Assembly (NCBI GenBank): GCA_023259355.1
Contig: JAHFQI010000002.1
Location: forward strand, 1-61,479
DNA: 61,479 nt
DNA from: Comamonadaceae bacterium
GTDB lineage: Bacteria; Pseudomonadota; Gammaproteobacteria; Burkholderiales; Burkholderiaceae_C
Direction of reading: 5' to 3'
Positions 6,966 to 16,720 of this stretch are shown here, piece by piece. The notes beneath the pieces were generated by a model. The model did no database searches. It was given only the letters and a program-made list of their open reading frames with translations, and was not told the DNA's origin. Position 1 is the stretch's first letter, and each line of letters starts with the position of its first letter. Position numbers and translations under genes: made by a program.

Positions 6966-7357
6966 TCGAGCAGCGCCAGTTCACCGACCGCGAAGCCGCC
7001 CATCGGGTGTTCAACGAGCTCTACGCGATCGCCAAGGCCCGGCCCGGCCGGCACCTGCTGCGCCTGGTCGATCTGGACCCGCACTGGCGCCGGCAGCTGC
7101 GCGGCGCGTTCCACGGCGATGTGCTGCGCGAGGTCTCGGAGAAGGCCTGGATCGCGATGCCAGGCGGCACCCGCGCCCGCTACACCAAGAAGGCGTGGAA
7201 GGAGCTGTTTCGTGACTGGTTCCTGCCCGAGGGCTTTCAGAGCACGGAGGACCTGGACGACTGCGAGTTTGCCGAGTTCGTGCTGCAGTGCTGCGCCTTC
7301 GCGGCCATCGAGCTGGGCGTGGAGTTTTCAATCAACGACAGGAGGGACCCCCAATGA
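6962..7357 (+). CDS. Hypothetical protein, possibly NinB/Orf-like recombination mediator (tentative)
   Basis: GTG start coupled by a GTGA overlap. Loose resemblance to the NinB layout (STEDLDDCEFAEFVLQCCAFAAIELGVEFS compared with the lambda NinB C-terminal region), judged from memory. Confidence 0.5.
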   Translation: MIEQRQFTDREAAHRVFNELYAIAKARPGRHLLRLVDLDPHWRRQLRGAFHGDVLREVSEKAWIAMPGGTRARYTKKAWKELFRDWFLPEGFQSTEDLDDCEFAEFVLQCCAFAAIELGVEFSINDRRDPQ

Positions 7358-7632
7358 GCTACGAGCCGCCAGCCACCCACCGGCTGTCACACCCGAAGGA
7401 GATCCATTACGGCGCCGCGCGGGTGATGTACGCCGAGCCCTTCGGCCAGCTGGGCCGCTGGGTTTTTCCGGGCGGCGCCTGGAGCATGAACGAGCACGAC
7501 GCCAAGGCTGTCGCCGTCGTGATCGACGGGCTGATCAAGGCGAACACGGTCGAGCCGGCCGTGCGCGCACTGCCGGCGATGGCCGCCCAGGCCCATCTGG
7601 CCGTCCAGGAGGAGCGCCGTTGGCCTTCGTAA
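7354..7632 (+). CDS. Hypothetical protein (92 aa)
   Basis: AGGAGGGA lies upstream of ATG 7354. ATGA overlap with the previous stop. Confidence 0.55.
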   Translation: MSYEPPATHRLSHPKEIHYGAARVMYAEPFGQLGRWVFPGGAWSMNEHDAKAVAVVIDGLIKANTVEPAVRALPAMAAQAHLAVQEERRWPS

Positions 7633-8177
7633 TCGCTCCCTCGCGCAACCCGATCGTGCGCGCCGCGTTCGCCGGGCTGCGGGCGGCCGAGCGCGCCGAG
7701 AAAAAAGCCTCGAAGGCGAAGCCAAAATCGGAAGCTGAGTTGAAATCGCTGGCGCACCGCGCGCTGCACGAAAAGGCCAAAGGCACGCCTGGAGCGGCCA
7801 AAGCCGCGCGAGAACTGATGAAAGCGCTGGCGCGCCCGAAAGAGAACGTGGTGGTCAGCGAGTCGTACCGCCGACTGGTGGCCATGGGCGCGTGCAAGAA
7901 CTGCGGAGTGCAGGGGTTCAGCCAGGCCGCGCACGAACCGCCCGGCGGCAAGGGCATCAAGCGCGACGACCGCGGCTGCTTTCCCTTGTGCACCACCCGG
8001 GCGGGCCCGAAGGGCGCGATCGAGGGCTGCCATCCGCAGTTCGACCGCTACGAGCTTTTCAACCACGCCAAGACCCACCGCATGGCCAAGCAATGGGGCG
8101 CCGAGACCCGCGCGGAGATCCTGGACGCGGGCATCTGGCCGAAGAAGGTGCCCAAGTGGCCGAAAGGAAAGAAGTGA
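7620..8177 (+). CDS. Cys/His-rich putative HNH-like nuclease (Ref/DUF968-like), basic N-terminus
   Basis: TTG 7620 follows AGGAGGAG. Motif CKNCG ... AAHEPPGGKGIKRDDRGCFPLC ... GCHPQFD. Confidence 0.5.
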   Translation: MAFVIAPSRNPIVRAAFAGLRAAERAEKKASKAKPKSEAELKSLAHRALHEKAKGTPGAAKAARELMKALARPKENVVVSESYRRLVAMGACKNCGVQGFSQAAHEPPGGKGIKRDDRGCFPLCTTRAGPKGAIEGCHPQFDRYELFNHAKTHRMAKQWGAETRAEILDAGIWPKKVPKWPKGKK

Positions 8178-8674
8178 CCAAGCGCCGGCACCACGTCATC
8201 CAGCTGGCCCCGGACATTTTCGGGGCCTGGGTGCCGCTGCTGGCGCTCACCGCCAGCAAGACGACGGCCCTGGAGCAGGTCAAGCGCGACGCCATCCTCG
8301 CGCGGCTGGAGCGCGCCTACGGCAATCTGGCCACCGCACCCGAGCCCACCCGCCAGAGCTGGCGCGACCTGGCCGACGCGATGAACTTCCTGCAGACCCT
8401 GATCGAGCTCAAATGGGGCCAGGACCCCGACGGCGCGATCGATGACATCAAGACCGCCCTGCACACCGCCGCCCTGAACCTCGAGCGCACCGGCAGGCTG
8501 CGCCTGGACGGGCCGAACCTCGCGCGGCTGCGCGACTGCATCGACCAGCTGGCCGGCCTGCTGAACCAGCTGAGCGCGCACAGCTACTGGGTAGCGGTCT
8601 CGCACACCAAGAATCGCATCAACAAGATCCTGCGCGGCCAGCGCCGCGCGGGCGATGTCGTGGTCACCGTGTAG
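8174..8674 (+). CDS. Hypothetical protein (166 aa)
   Basis: GTGA-coupled GTG start at 8174. High GC3. Helical composition. Confidence 0.55.
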   Translation: MTKRRHHVIQLAPDIFGAWVPLLALTASKTTALEQVKRDAILARLERAYGNLATAPEPTRQSWRDLADAMNFLQTLIELKWGQDPDGAIDDIKTALHTAALNLERTGRLRLDGPNLARLRDCIDQLAGLLNQLSAHSYWVAVSHTKNRINKILRGQRRAGDVVVTV

Positions 8675-8684
8675 GGAGTCATCC

Positions 8685-9233
8685 ATGCGAACGACCGTCA
8701 AAGACAGGGTGTACCAGGCCATCGTGGACCTGCACAACGCGAACCGCGCGGCGTCGCGGCAGGCGCTTGCCCAGGTGACGGGATTGAAGTTCTCGCAAAT
8801 CGACGATCAGGTGAAGATCCTCAAGGACGACCGCCAGATCAGGCCGGTGGTCAACGGCACCTTCGAGCCGGTGCACCAGTTCCCGCCCAACCGCGCCATG
8901 TCCAAGACCGTGCTGGCCGACGGCAGCGTGAAGATCGAGCTGGGCGAACAATGTCTGGAAATGACGCCCAGCGAGGCGCGCGTGGTCGGCCAGTCGCTGC
9001 AAGGCGAGGCCATGGAGCTCGCGGCCATCCGGGGCGAGCGCCAGGTGTACGACATCGTGGCGGGCCTGCGCGAGGAACTTCGCGTCGCGCACAAGCGCCT
9101 GCACGACCTGGGCCGCACCGTCGGCCGGATCCAGCGCCAGCGCCAGGACGACCTTTTCGAGGGGTCGGCCCTTCTATCCACCGACGAAAGAAGATCACAT
9201 GGGACAAGCCAAAAGCCGCGGCAGTCGGGCTGA
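8685..9233 (+). CDS. Putative winged-helix DNA-binding protein, candidate late-gene regulator by position
   Basis: GGGAG lies upstream of ATG 8685. VYQAIVDLHNANRAASRQALAQVTGLKFSQIDDQVKILKDD is wHTH-like. It is the penultimate ORF of the early-right operon, just before the late genes. Confidence 0.55.
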   Translation: MRTTVKDRVYQAIVDLHNANRAASRQALAQVTGLKFSQIDDQVKILKDDRQIRPVVNGTFEPVHQFPPNRAMSKTVLADGSVKIELGEQCLEMTPSEARVVGQSLQGEAMELAAIRGERQVYDIVAGLREELRVAHKRLHDLGRTVGRIQRQRQDDLFEGSALLSTDERRSHGTSQKPRQSG

Positions 9234-9450
9234 CCGGGTGCAGCAAGCCATCGCGCGCAACAAGGTGCAGGCCGATCGGCGCATCGCCGGGTTCAAGCGG
9301 GTCGAACGCAACCTCAGTGAACTGGCTGCCGCGCTGCGCGCAGCCGACCCGCGCGCCGCGCGCCAGGAGAGCGACGGCATTCAGTTGGTGGTCGAAGCCG
9401 CGTGCCCAAATTCGCGAAGTTCATGGCTTGAGCTTGGAGCCCCCCGGTAG
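9199..9450 (+). CDS. Hypothetical protein (83 aa)
   Basis: GC3 is fairly high. No clear SD. Overlaps the previous gene by 35 nt. Its stop codon lies inside the repeated CCCCGGTAGGGTTTG motif. Confidence 0.4.
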   Translation: MGQAKSRGSRADRVQQAIARNKVQADRRIAGFKRVERNLSELAAALRAADPRAARQESDGIQLVVEAACPNSRSSWLELGAPR

Positions 9451-9456
9451 GGTTTG
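9442..9456 (+). promoter_or_regulatory. Repeated intergenic motif CCCCGGTAGGGTTTG, copy 1 (upstream of the terminase genes)
   Basis: The same 15-mer occurs, with 1 substitution or 1 extra T, at 25889..25903 and 42508..42523. All three copies precede plus-strand late modules. Confidence 0.5.
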
Positions 9457-9490
9457 TCGGGTTAGCGCCGCATGAGCACCATCGGCGGCC

Positions 9491-10054
9491 ATGGGCAATC
9501 CATCAGACAAAAAGCCGATCGACTGGGAGGGCATGAAGCCCCACTACGAGGCCGGCATCGTCCCGCTCAAGACTCTGGGCAAGGAGTTCGGCTGCTCTGA
9601 CGCGGCCATCATCAAGCACGCGCGCAACGCCATCCCACCGTGGGTCCGCAACCTGAAGGGGAGGATTCAAGCGGCGGCCGACGCGAAGGTTAGCGCCAGC
9701 GTGGTTAGTGCCGACGTTCGCGCGACGCGAACCGCGCGCGAGGCCGTGGTTATTGACGTCAACTCCACCTTGCAGGCCGCCATCCGGCTGGCCCACCGCG
9801 CCGATGTGGCCAAGGCCCGCTCGCAGACCATGAGGCTGCTGGACGAGCTGGGCCGCGTGACCACGGCGGGGAAGAGGAAGCTGAGCCTGTCCCAGCGCGC
9901 CGTGGTGGTGAAGAACCTGACCGAGGCCATGCGGGTGCAGTTCGCCCTGCAGCGCCAGGCCTTCGGCATTGGCGACAACGACCCGCCCGATCCCAACGGG
10001 GCCGACTTCATCGAGAGGATGCTCAATGCCCGTGCGCGCGCCGCAAACCGCTAG
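9491..10054 (+). CDS. terS: Terminase small subunit
   Basis: First late gene, immediately upstream of and overlapping the large terminase. N-terminal HTH-like LKTLGKEFGCSDAAIIKHAR. Confidence 0.65.
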   Translation: MGNPSDKKPIDWEGMKPHYEAGIVPLKTLGKEFGCSDAAIIKHARNAIPPWVRNLKGRIQAAADAKVSASVVSADVRATRTAREAVVIDVNSTLQAAIRLAHRADVAKARSQTMRLLDELGRVTTAGKRKLSLSQRAVVVKNLTEAMRVQFALQRQAFGIGDNDPPDPNGADFIERMLNARARAANR

Positions 10055-11531
10055 TGCGCGCCGGCTGCAAAGCCTCACCAAGCTCGATGTGGAGCTGATC
10101 GAGGACATCGCGGGCTTTTTCAACGACCCCGAGGGGTTCATCCGGTACGCCTTCCCGTGGGGCGAGAAGGGCACGCGCCTGGACAGCGAGACCGGGCCCG
10201 ACGTGTGGCAGGTGGAGGTCTGCCAGGCCATCCGCGACGAGCTGCTGAAGGGCGGGGACGTCCTGGAGGCCATCCAGATCGCCATTTCCAGCGGCCACGG
10301 CATCGGCAAGACCGCGCTGCTGGCCATGCTGATCCTCTGGTTCATGTCGACGCGGGACTTTCCGCAGGTGGTGGTGACCGCCAACACCAAGGCGCAGCTG
10401 GACACCAAGACCTGGCGCGAGCTGTCCAAGTGGCACAAGCTGGCCATCAATCGGGACTGGTTTCAGTGGACCGCGACGCGGTTCCAGCACGTGCTCTACC
10501 CGGAAGTGTGGTTCGCCGCCGCGGTGCCGTGGACCAAGGGCAACAGCGAGGCCTTCGCCGGCACGCACGAAAAGCACGTGCTGGTGATCTTCGACGAGGG
10601 GTCGGCCATCGACGACACCATCTGGGATGTGACCGAGGGCGCGATGACCACGCCCGGGGCCATGTGGATCGTCTTTGGCAACCCGACCCAGAACACCGGG
10701 CGCTTCGCGCAGTGCTTTGGCAAGTTCAAACACCGCTGGATCCACCGGCAGATCGACAGCCGCACGGCCAAGATGGCCAACAAGGCGCAGATCCAGAAGT
10801 GGATCGACGACTACGGCGAGGACCACGACTTCGTGCGGGTGCGCGTTCGGGGCGTGTTCCCCCGATCGGGCGACGTCCAGTTCATCGGCCTGGACATCGT
10901 GGCCGGCGCCATGCGCAGGAAGGCCGAGAACTACCAGCAGTTCGCCAAGGTCATGGGCGTGGACGTCGCGCGGCACGGCTCCGACCAGAGCGTGTGCACC
11001 AGGCGGCAGGGCAACCACATTTGGCCTCAGCGGCGCTACCGCATCACCGACCTGATGAAGCTGGCCGACGTAATTGCCGGCGAGATCCATGAGTTCCATC
11101 CCGACGCGGTGTTCATCGACGCCACCGGCATGGGCTGGGGTGTGATCGACCGGCTGCGCCAGCTCAATTTCACCAACATCATTCCGGTGCAGGTGGGCGA
11201 GGCGGCCACCGACGACGCCCGCTATGTCCTCAAGCGCGACGAGCTCTGGGGCCTGGCCAAGGACTGGCTGGCCGGCGGCGGCTGCCTGCCCAACGATCCG
11301 GAGCTCGAGGCCGAATACACCGGCCCGCAGTACGGCTACGACAAGCACATGCGCATCCAGATCGAGAGCAAAAAGGACATGAAGGCGCGCAATCTGCCCA
11401 GCCCGGATGGGGCCGACTCGATCAACCTCACGTTCGCCAGCCCGATCGCGCCCAACACCAAGTTCCCCAAATCGTCCTGGCGCGACCGCCTGGGCATCAA
11501 ACGACGCAAAGGATCGGCGCAAGCCGCTTAA
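10026..11531 (+). CDS. terL: Terminase large subunit
   Basis: Walker A SSGHGIGKT, Walker B VLVIFDEGS, and nuclease-domain VFIDATGMGWGVIDRL. ATG 10026 chosen. Confidence 0.9.
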   Translation: MPVRAPQTASARRLQSLTKLDVELIEDIAGFFNDPEGFIRYAFPWGEKGTRLDSETGPDVWQVEVCQAIRDELLKGGDVLEAIQIAISSGHGIGKTALLAMLILWFMSTRDFPQVVVTANTKAQLDTKTWRELSKWHKLAINRDWFQWTATRFQHVLYPEVWFAAAVPWTKGNSEAFAGTHEKHVLVIFDEGSAIDDTIWDVTEGAMTTPGAMWIVFGNPTQNTGRFAQCFGKFKHRWIHRQIDSRTAKMANKAQIQKWIDDYGEDHDFVRVRVRGVFPRSGDVQFIGLDIVAGAMRRKAENYQQFAKVMGVDVARHGSDQSVCTRRQGNHIWPQRRYRITDLMKLADVIAGEIHEFHPDAVFIDATGMGWGVIDRLRQLNFTNIIPVQVGEAATDDARYVLKRDELWGLAKDWLAGGGCLPNDPELEAEYTGPQYGYDKHMRIQIESKKDMKARNLPSPDGADSINLTFASPIAPNTKFPKSSWRDRLGIKRRKGSAQAA

Positions 11532-11534
11532 CCC

Positions 11535-13616
11535 ATGGCCTACGACGAACAAGCCCGCGAAAACTGGCACCGCTACCTCTACACCAAGGACCGCGGCCAC
11601 ATCGAGTACATGGCCCAGGCCCAGAAGTGCGAGGGCATGTATATGGGCGGGGGGCTGCAGTGGACCCCCGACGCCAAGGCCGTGCTCGACGCGGAAGGGC
11701 GGCCCTGGTACGAGTTCAACGAGATCATGCCCAGCGTCAACTCGGCGCTTGGCCACCAGATCCAGAACCGCATGGACATCGCCTTCAAGCCGCGCGGCGG
11801 TGAGGCCGACCTGTTCAAGGCCACGGCCCTGTCCAAGGTGATCATGCAGATTGCCGACCAGAACAAGCTGCATTGGCTGGAGACCCAGGTCTACGGCGAC
11901 GGGCTGATCGAGCAGCGCGGGTACTACGACCTGCGCATGGACTTCGACAGCAACATCAAGGGCGACATGGTGCTGTGCAACCTGGACCCGCGCGACGTCA
12001 TCCCGGATCCGGACGCCAAGAGCTACGACCCCGACAAGTGGGCCGATGTGCAGGTCACCCGCTGGTACAGCCTGGACGAGATCGAGCAGTATTACGGCAA
12101 GGAAGCCCGCACCAAGGCCGAGGCATCGGGCGACGACGGCCCGGACTGGGGTGTGCAGGAGGCCGAGACCGAGCGCAACAAGTTCGGCGGCACCGGCCTG
12201 CAGGGCATCTTCGACGCCTACACGAACGAGCCGGGCCTGAAGCGCTATCGCCTGATCGACCGGCAGCGCTGGGTCATGCAGCGCACCCAATGCCTGGTGT
12301 TTCCAGAATCTGGCGACGTTCGCATCGCTGAAACGCTCAGCCCCGAGCAGGTCGCGGCGGCCCAGGCTCAGGGCGCGGTGCTGGCCATGCGCATGCAGCG
12401 GCGCATCCGGTGGGTGGTCTCCACCTACTGCGTGACGCTTTTCGACAAGATCAGCCCGTACGAGCACTTCACCGTCATTCCCTACTTCGCCTACTTCCGG
12501 CGCGGCATGACCCGCGGCATGGTGGACAACGGCATCGGCCCGCAGGAAGTGCTGAACAAGGCCGTCAGCCAGTTCCAGCACATCATCAACACGACGGCCA
12601 ATAGCGGGTGGGTGGTCGAGGAAAACAGCCTCACCAACATGGACACCGACGAGCTCGAGGAAGTGGGCGCGACCTCTGGCCTGGTGGTGGAGTTCAGGAA
12701 AGGGACGACCAAGCCCGAGAAGATTCAGGCCAACCAGGTGCCCACCGGCGTCGACCGGCTCATCGACCGGGCCACCCAGGCGCTCAAGGATGTCACGGTG
12801 CCCGACGCCATGCGCGGCCTGCAGGGCAACGCGGTATCCGGCGTCGCCAAGCAAAGCGACCAGTTCGCCAGCCAGCAGCAGCTGGCCGTGCCGCTGGACA
12901 ACCTGGCCTACACCCGCCACATGCTGGCCGGGCGCATGCTCAAGCTCGCGCAGCGGTACTACGACAGCTACCGCATCTTCCGGATCACCGAAATGGATCA
13001 CCAGACCGGCCAGCAGGTCGAGAAGGTGCTGGAGATCAACAAGTTCGACCCGGCCACCGGCACCTACATCAACGACATCACGGTGGGCACCTACGACGCA
13101 GTGATCACCGAGCAGCCGATGGCCATCACGTTCGAGAACAGCCAGTTCTCGCAGGCCCTGGAAATGCGCAAGGAAGGCATCAAGATCCCCGACGCGGTGG
13201 TGGTGCGCTACTCCAGCCTGGCCGACAAGCACGACATCCTGGCCCAGATGGACACCAAGGACCCGGTGGCCGAAGCCCAGGCCGACCTGGTGCGCGCCAA
13301 CGCGGCCAAGACGCGCTCGCAGGCCATGGCCCTGGATGTCGAGTCGATCTACAGCGCGATCCAGACCGCCGGCGCGATCTCGATGAACCCGGCGATCAGC
13401 CCGTTGGCCGATAGCGTGCTGGGCTCCGTCGGGTTCGTCGACAAGAACGCGCCGCCGATCGTGCCGGCCGGGCCCGGCGGTGCCGCCCAGCAGCTGGCGC
13501 TGCCCGCGCCGCAGGCCAACACCAGCCCGCTTTTCCCGGCCAGACCGGCCAGCGCAGCCGACGGCGCCCACGCCGGCATTGAAACCCAGGCCGCCGACGC
13601 GCAGCCGCAACCTTGA
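11535..13616 (+). CDS. Portal protein
   Basis: 693 aa, immediately after terL and before the scaffold and capsid genes. Confidence 0.75.
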   Translation: MAYDEQARENWHRYLYTKDRGHIEYMAQAQKCEGMYMGGGLQWTPDAKAVLDAEGRPWYEFNEIMPSVNSALGHQIQNRMDIAFKPRGGEADLFKATALSKVIMQIADQNKLHWLETQVYGDGLIEQRGYYDLRMDFDSNIKGDMVLCNLDPRDVIPDPDAKSYDPDKWADVQVTRWYSLDEIEQYYGKEARTKAEASGDDGPDWGVQEAETERNKFGGTGLQGIFDAYTNEPGLKRYRLIDRQRWVMQRTQCLVFPESGDVRIAETLSPEQVAAAQAQGAVLAMRMQRRIRWVVSTYCVTLFDKISPYEHFTVIPYFAYFRRGMTRGMVDNGIGPQEVLNKAVSQFQHIINTTANSGWVVEENSLTNMDTDELEEVGATSGLVVEFRKGTTKPEKIQANQVPTGVDRLIDRATQALKDVTVPDAMRGLQGNAVSGVAKQSDQFASQQQLAVPLDNLAYTRHMLAGRMLKLAQRYYDSYRIFRITEMDHQTGQQVEKVLEINKFDPATGTYINDITVGTYDAVITEQPMAITFENSQFSQALEMRKEGIKIPDAVVVRYSSLADKHDILAQMDTKDPVAEAQADLVRANAAKTRSQAMALDVESIYSAIQTAGAISMNPAISPLADSVLGSVGFVDKNAPPIVPAGPGGAAQQLALPAPQANTSPLFPARPASAADGAHAGIETQAADAQPQP

Positions 13617-13627
13617 AGGAGCGAACG

Positions 13628-13843
13628 ATGGCAAAGAACAAGGGCATGTACGCCGCGACGGTGGGCATGGACATGAACTACCAGGCCGAGGACGACCTGC
13701 GCACGCTCTGCCGGGCCCAGGAGATCCAGGACGACCCCAAGCGGCTGAAGGCGGCCCAGAAGCTGGCCAAGACCAAGTGCGAGGACATGCAGGAGGTCGC
13801 CGGCATGAAGCCCGACAGCGAAAAGAACGACAAGAAGAAGTAG
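13628..13843 (+). CDS. Small hypothetical protein (71 aa), charged
   Basis: AAGGAG lies 6 nt upstream of ATG 13628. Confidence 0.55.
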   Translation: MAKNKGMYAATVGMDMNYQAEDDLRTLCRAQEIQDDPKRLKAAQKLAKTKCEDMQEVAGMKPDSEKNDKKK

Positions 13844-13883
13844 TCCCTTTCCCCCAGGCCCCACTGAACCACAAGGCAACACC

Positions 13884-14885
13884 ATGATCGTCATGCGAAT
13901 CAAACACACCCACCAGGCCGCAGCCGGCGAGGCCGATGGCGGCGGCGGGCTGAACCTGCAGCCCGATGCCGATGCAGGCGAGGACGGCGGCGGCGGCACC
14001 GATGACGCGGGCGACGGCGAGGGTCCTGATGATGGCCCCGTCGATCGCGGCGACGAGCTCACGCCGCCATTGAACCCGGACGCCCTGGCCAAGGTGGCCG
14101 AAGGCGCCGGCAACGATGATGCCGACCACGACGACGATGGCACAGCGCCGGCGCCCGATGGGGCAGGCAAGAAGGCCCCGCAGAGCGTGCCTATCGCGCG
14201 CCTGAACGAGGTCATCGAGCAGCGCAACCAGCTCAAGGCCGAGAACGACGCGCTCAAGGCTGGCAAGGAAACGCCCGGCGCAACGCCGCAGCCCACCGCG
14301 GCGCCCGCTCCCGCCTTCGACATCACCAAGGCCGAGCGCGAATATGCGGAGTTCCTGGCCGACGGCGAGTTCGACAAGGCGGTGGAACTGCGCGCCAAGA
14401 TCAACGCGCAGCTCGTCGAGCAGGCCGAGATCAACGTCGAGGCTCGGCAGGCGCAACGCAGCGCGCAAAGCTCGCTGACCGAGGTGGCCAACCAGGCCGT
14501 GGCGGACTGGCCCTATCTGGAGGACGACGCCGAGACCATGGAGCTGATCATCGCCGCGCGCGATGCCGGCGTGCGCAAGGGCGTGTCGCCTGCGCAGGCG
14601 CTCAAGGCCGCGGTCGACCGGATCGCCCCGAAGTTCGCGCCCGAAGGTGGCTCAGCTGACGACGGCACCCCCGGTAAGGAGTTGCCGAGCGGCAAGCCCC
14701 GCGTCGACACTCGGCCCCAAGGAGCCAACGCGCGCGGCGCAGCGGCATCGGCCCAGCAGCCGCCCCTGGCGGCAGGCTCTGGCAACCGACAGGCCGCCGG
14801 CAAGGTCGATGTGGAAAGCATGACCGAAGCCCAGTTCGATGCGTTGACACCGGCCGAGAAGAAACGGCTGCGCGGCGACGCATAG
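13884..14885 (+). CDS. Scaffolding protein
   Basis: Acidic Gly/Asp-rich N-terminus plus a long helical region, located between the portal and major capsid genes. Confidence 0.65.
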   Translation: MIVMRIKHTHQAAAGEADGGGGLNLQPDADAGEDGGGGTDDAGDGEGPDDGPVDRGDELTPPLNPDALAKVAEGAGNDDADHDDDGTAPAPDGAGKKAPQSVPIARLNEVIEQRNQLKAENDALKAGKETPGATPQPTAAPAPAFDITKAEREYAEFLADGEFDKAVELRAKINAQLVEQAEINVEARQAQRSAQSSLTEVANQAVADWPYLEDDAETMELIIAARDAGVRKGVSPAQALKAAVDRIAPKFAPEGGSADDGTPGKELPSGKPRVDTRPQGANARGAAASAQQPPLAAGSGNRQAAGKVDVESMTEAQFDALTPAEKKRLRGDA

Positions 14886-14897
14886 CGCAGGCGGGGT

Positions 14898-14924
14898 CCG
14901 GCCAGCAGTCACCCAGCTGGCCGG
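14898..14924 (+). other. Stable hairpin (CCGGCCAGC-9 nt-GCTGGCCGG) after the scaffold gene, with no T-tract
   Basis: 9-bp perfect stem read from the sequence. Confidence 0.4.
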
Positions 14925-15063
14925 GCCCGGTTCCCCCGGGGTGCATCCGTCCAAGAGGCAGGACGTTAAAGGGCCTCGGCGCTCTTGACCGCCTCACGTC
15001 ATGTTCCCGCACTGGCTGCGTAACGCCGAAAGCCGTTTACCCAACCCTCAAGGAGCATGAATC

Positions 15064-16164
15064 ATGTTGACCAATTTCGCGGCGCTCACGTCGCAGCAGA
15101 AGATCGTTTGGAGCCGGGACGTCTGGAGCGCTGCGCGCGACAAGATGTTCTGCAAGCGCTTCATGGGCACCGGCGAAGCCGCCATGATCCAGCGCATCAC
15201 CGAACTGACCAAGACCGAAAAGGGCGAGCAAGTGCTGATGCACCTGGTCGCGGATCTGGTCGAAGACGGCGTGATCGGAGACAACGAGCGCGAAGGCAAC
15301 GAAGAGGCGATGCAGTCGTACAGCATTGCCCTGAACATCGACCTGATCACCCACTCGGTTCGCAACAAGGGCAAGTTGGCCGACCAGAAGACGGTGATCC
15401 GCTTCCGCGAGACCGGCAAGGATCGACTGTCCTACTGGCTGGCCAACCGCGTCGACCAGCTGGCCTTCCTCACCATGAGCGGCATCAGCTACGCCTTCCA
15501 GAACAACGGCGCGCCGCGGGTCAACAGCCCGTTTCCCAACCTGTCGTTCGCGGCCGACGTGGCGGCGCCCTCGGCCAACCGCTCGCTGATGTGGAACGGC
15601 AGCGCCCTGGTTCCCAGCGTGACCGGCAGCATCGACAACACCTACGTGCCCAAGTACGGGATGATCGTCGACGCCATCGCGTACGCCAAGACGCAGTACA
15701 TCAAGCCGTTGATGGCCGACGGCAAGGAGTACTACGGCCTGCTGGTGCAGCCGGGCACCCTGGCGGCCCTGAAGAAGGACGCCGACTACCAGCGCGCGGT
15801 CGTGGCCGTGGCCACCAAGGCCGGCCTGGACAGCCCGTGGTTCACCGGCGCCACGGTCACGGTGGACGGCGCTGTGATCCACGAGCACCGGCTGGTCTAC
15901 AACACCAAGGGCGCCGCGGCGGGCTCGAAGTGGGGCGCCGCTGGCGCCGTCAATGGCACCCGCACCCTGCTGTGCGGTGCCCAGGCGCTGGGCATGGCCG
16001 ACATCGGCGTGCCGGAATGGGACGAAAAGACTTTCCAGTACGGCAGCCAGCAGGGCATCAACGTCGACAAGATGCTGGGCATGCTCAAGCCCAAGTTCTT
16101 CTCGATCTACAGCGGGACGACCGAGGACTTCGGCATCCTGGCCATCGACCACTACCTGCAGTAA
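15064..16164 (+). CDS. Major capsid protein, N4-gp56-like family (HK97 fold)
   Basis: AGGAG lies 8 nt upstream. 366 aa with a pattern typical of the N4-gp56 capsid family as I recall it. Followed by a decoration gene and a strong terminator. Confidence 0.8.
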   Translation: MLTNFAALTSQQKIVWSRDVWSAARDKMFCKRFMGTGEAAMIQRITELTKTEKGEQVLMHLVADLVEDGVIGDNEREGNEEAMQSYSIALNIDLITHSVRNKGKLADQKTVIRFRETGKDRLSYWLANRVDQLAFLTMSGISYAFQNNGAPRVNSPFPNLSFAADVAAPSANRSLMWNGSALVPSVTGSIDNTYVPKYGMIVDAIAYAKTQYIKPLMADGKEYYGLLVQPGTLAALKKDADYQRAVVAVATKAGLDSPWFTGATVTVDGAVIHEHRLVYNTKGAAAGSKWGAAGAVNGTRTLLCGAQALGMADIGVPEWDEKTFQYGSQQGINVDKMLGMLKPKFFSIYSGTTEDFGILAIDHYLQ

Positions 16165-16257
16165 GCAGGCCCAGGCGGGGCCTTCGGGCCTCGCCGCCCT
16201 TCACCCCTCGCGCAATCCCGCGCACCTTCTCCCACTGATGCTGAAAAGGAGCACACC

Positions 16258-16674
16258 ATGACCCTCGCCAAACAATCCGGTCGCCAAGACCCCATCGTCG
16301 GCCAAGCCCTCGGCGCCTTCGGTGACGTCGTGAGCGGCACCTACCTCGCCTGCGTCGACGTGCCCGCCGGCGCGATCGTCACCGGCGGCGGCCTGGCCGT
16401 CACCACGCTGTTCGACTCGGCCACCACGGACAAATTCTCGATTGGCGACAAGGTAGGGGCGGCGGCTGCCGTGGCCGACACCTATGCGGCTCAGTCGGCG
16501 GATGTCACCGTGGCCGGCACCTGGATCCCGATCGTGCCTACCGGCAAGAAGTACGCCTCGCCCGGTTCCGTGGGCGTCGTGTGGACCGGCGTCGGCGCCG
16601 CCCCGGCAGCCGGCGCGTTCCGCCTGATCGTGCAGTACATCAAGGACGGACGCGCAGCGTTCGCCCAGGGCTGA
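16258..16674 (+). CDS. Putative head decoration protein
   Basis: AAAGGAG lies upstream. 138 aa, Gly/Ala/Val-rich. Immediately after the capsid gene and followed by a terminator. Confidence 0.55.
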   Translation: MTLAKQSGRQDPIVGQALGAFGDVVSGTYLACVDVPAGAIVTGGGLAVTTLFDSATTDKFSIGDKVGAAAAVADTYAAQSADVTVAGTWIPIVPTGKKYASPGSVGVVWTGVGAAPAAGAFRLIVQYIKDGRAAFAQG

Positions 16675-16720
16675 TCCAGCTCCAAAGAGTTCAGTGGCGC
16701 CTGTTCGCAGGCTTTTAACC

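Noticed and set aside
10023-14468. Very long antisense or alternative-frame ORFs, for example 10023..14468 (-) 1481 aa, 30723..34103 (-) 1126 aa, 35415..38513 (-) 1032 aa and 23897..25789 (-) 630 aa.
   Set aside because: Their products are Arg/Gly/Pro/Ala/His-rich low-complexity strings. They lie opposite clearly recognisable genes (terminase, portal, giant protein). In a high-GC genome stop codons are rare in non-coding frames. These are shadow ORFs.
15057-16238. The alternative ORF starting at ATG 15057, which overlaps the capsid gene.
   Set aside because: Its product is Arg/Gly/Pro-rich. The 15064 frame gives a recognisable capsid-family protein with high GC3.
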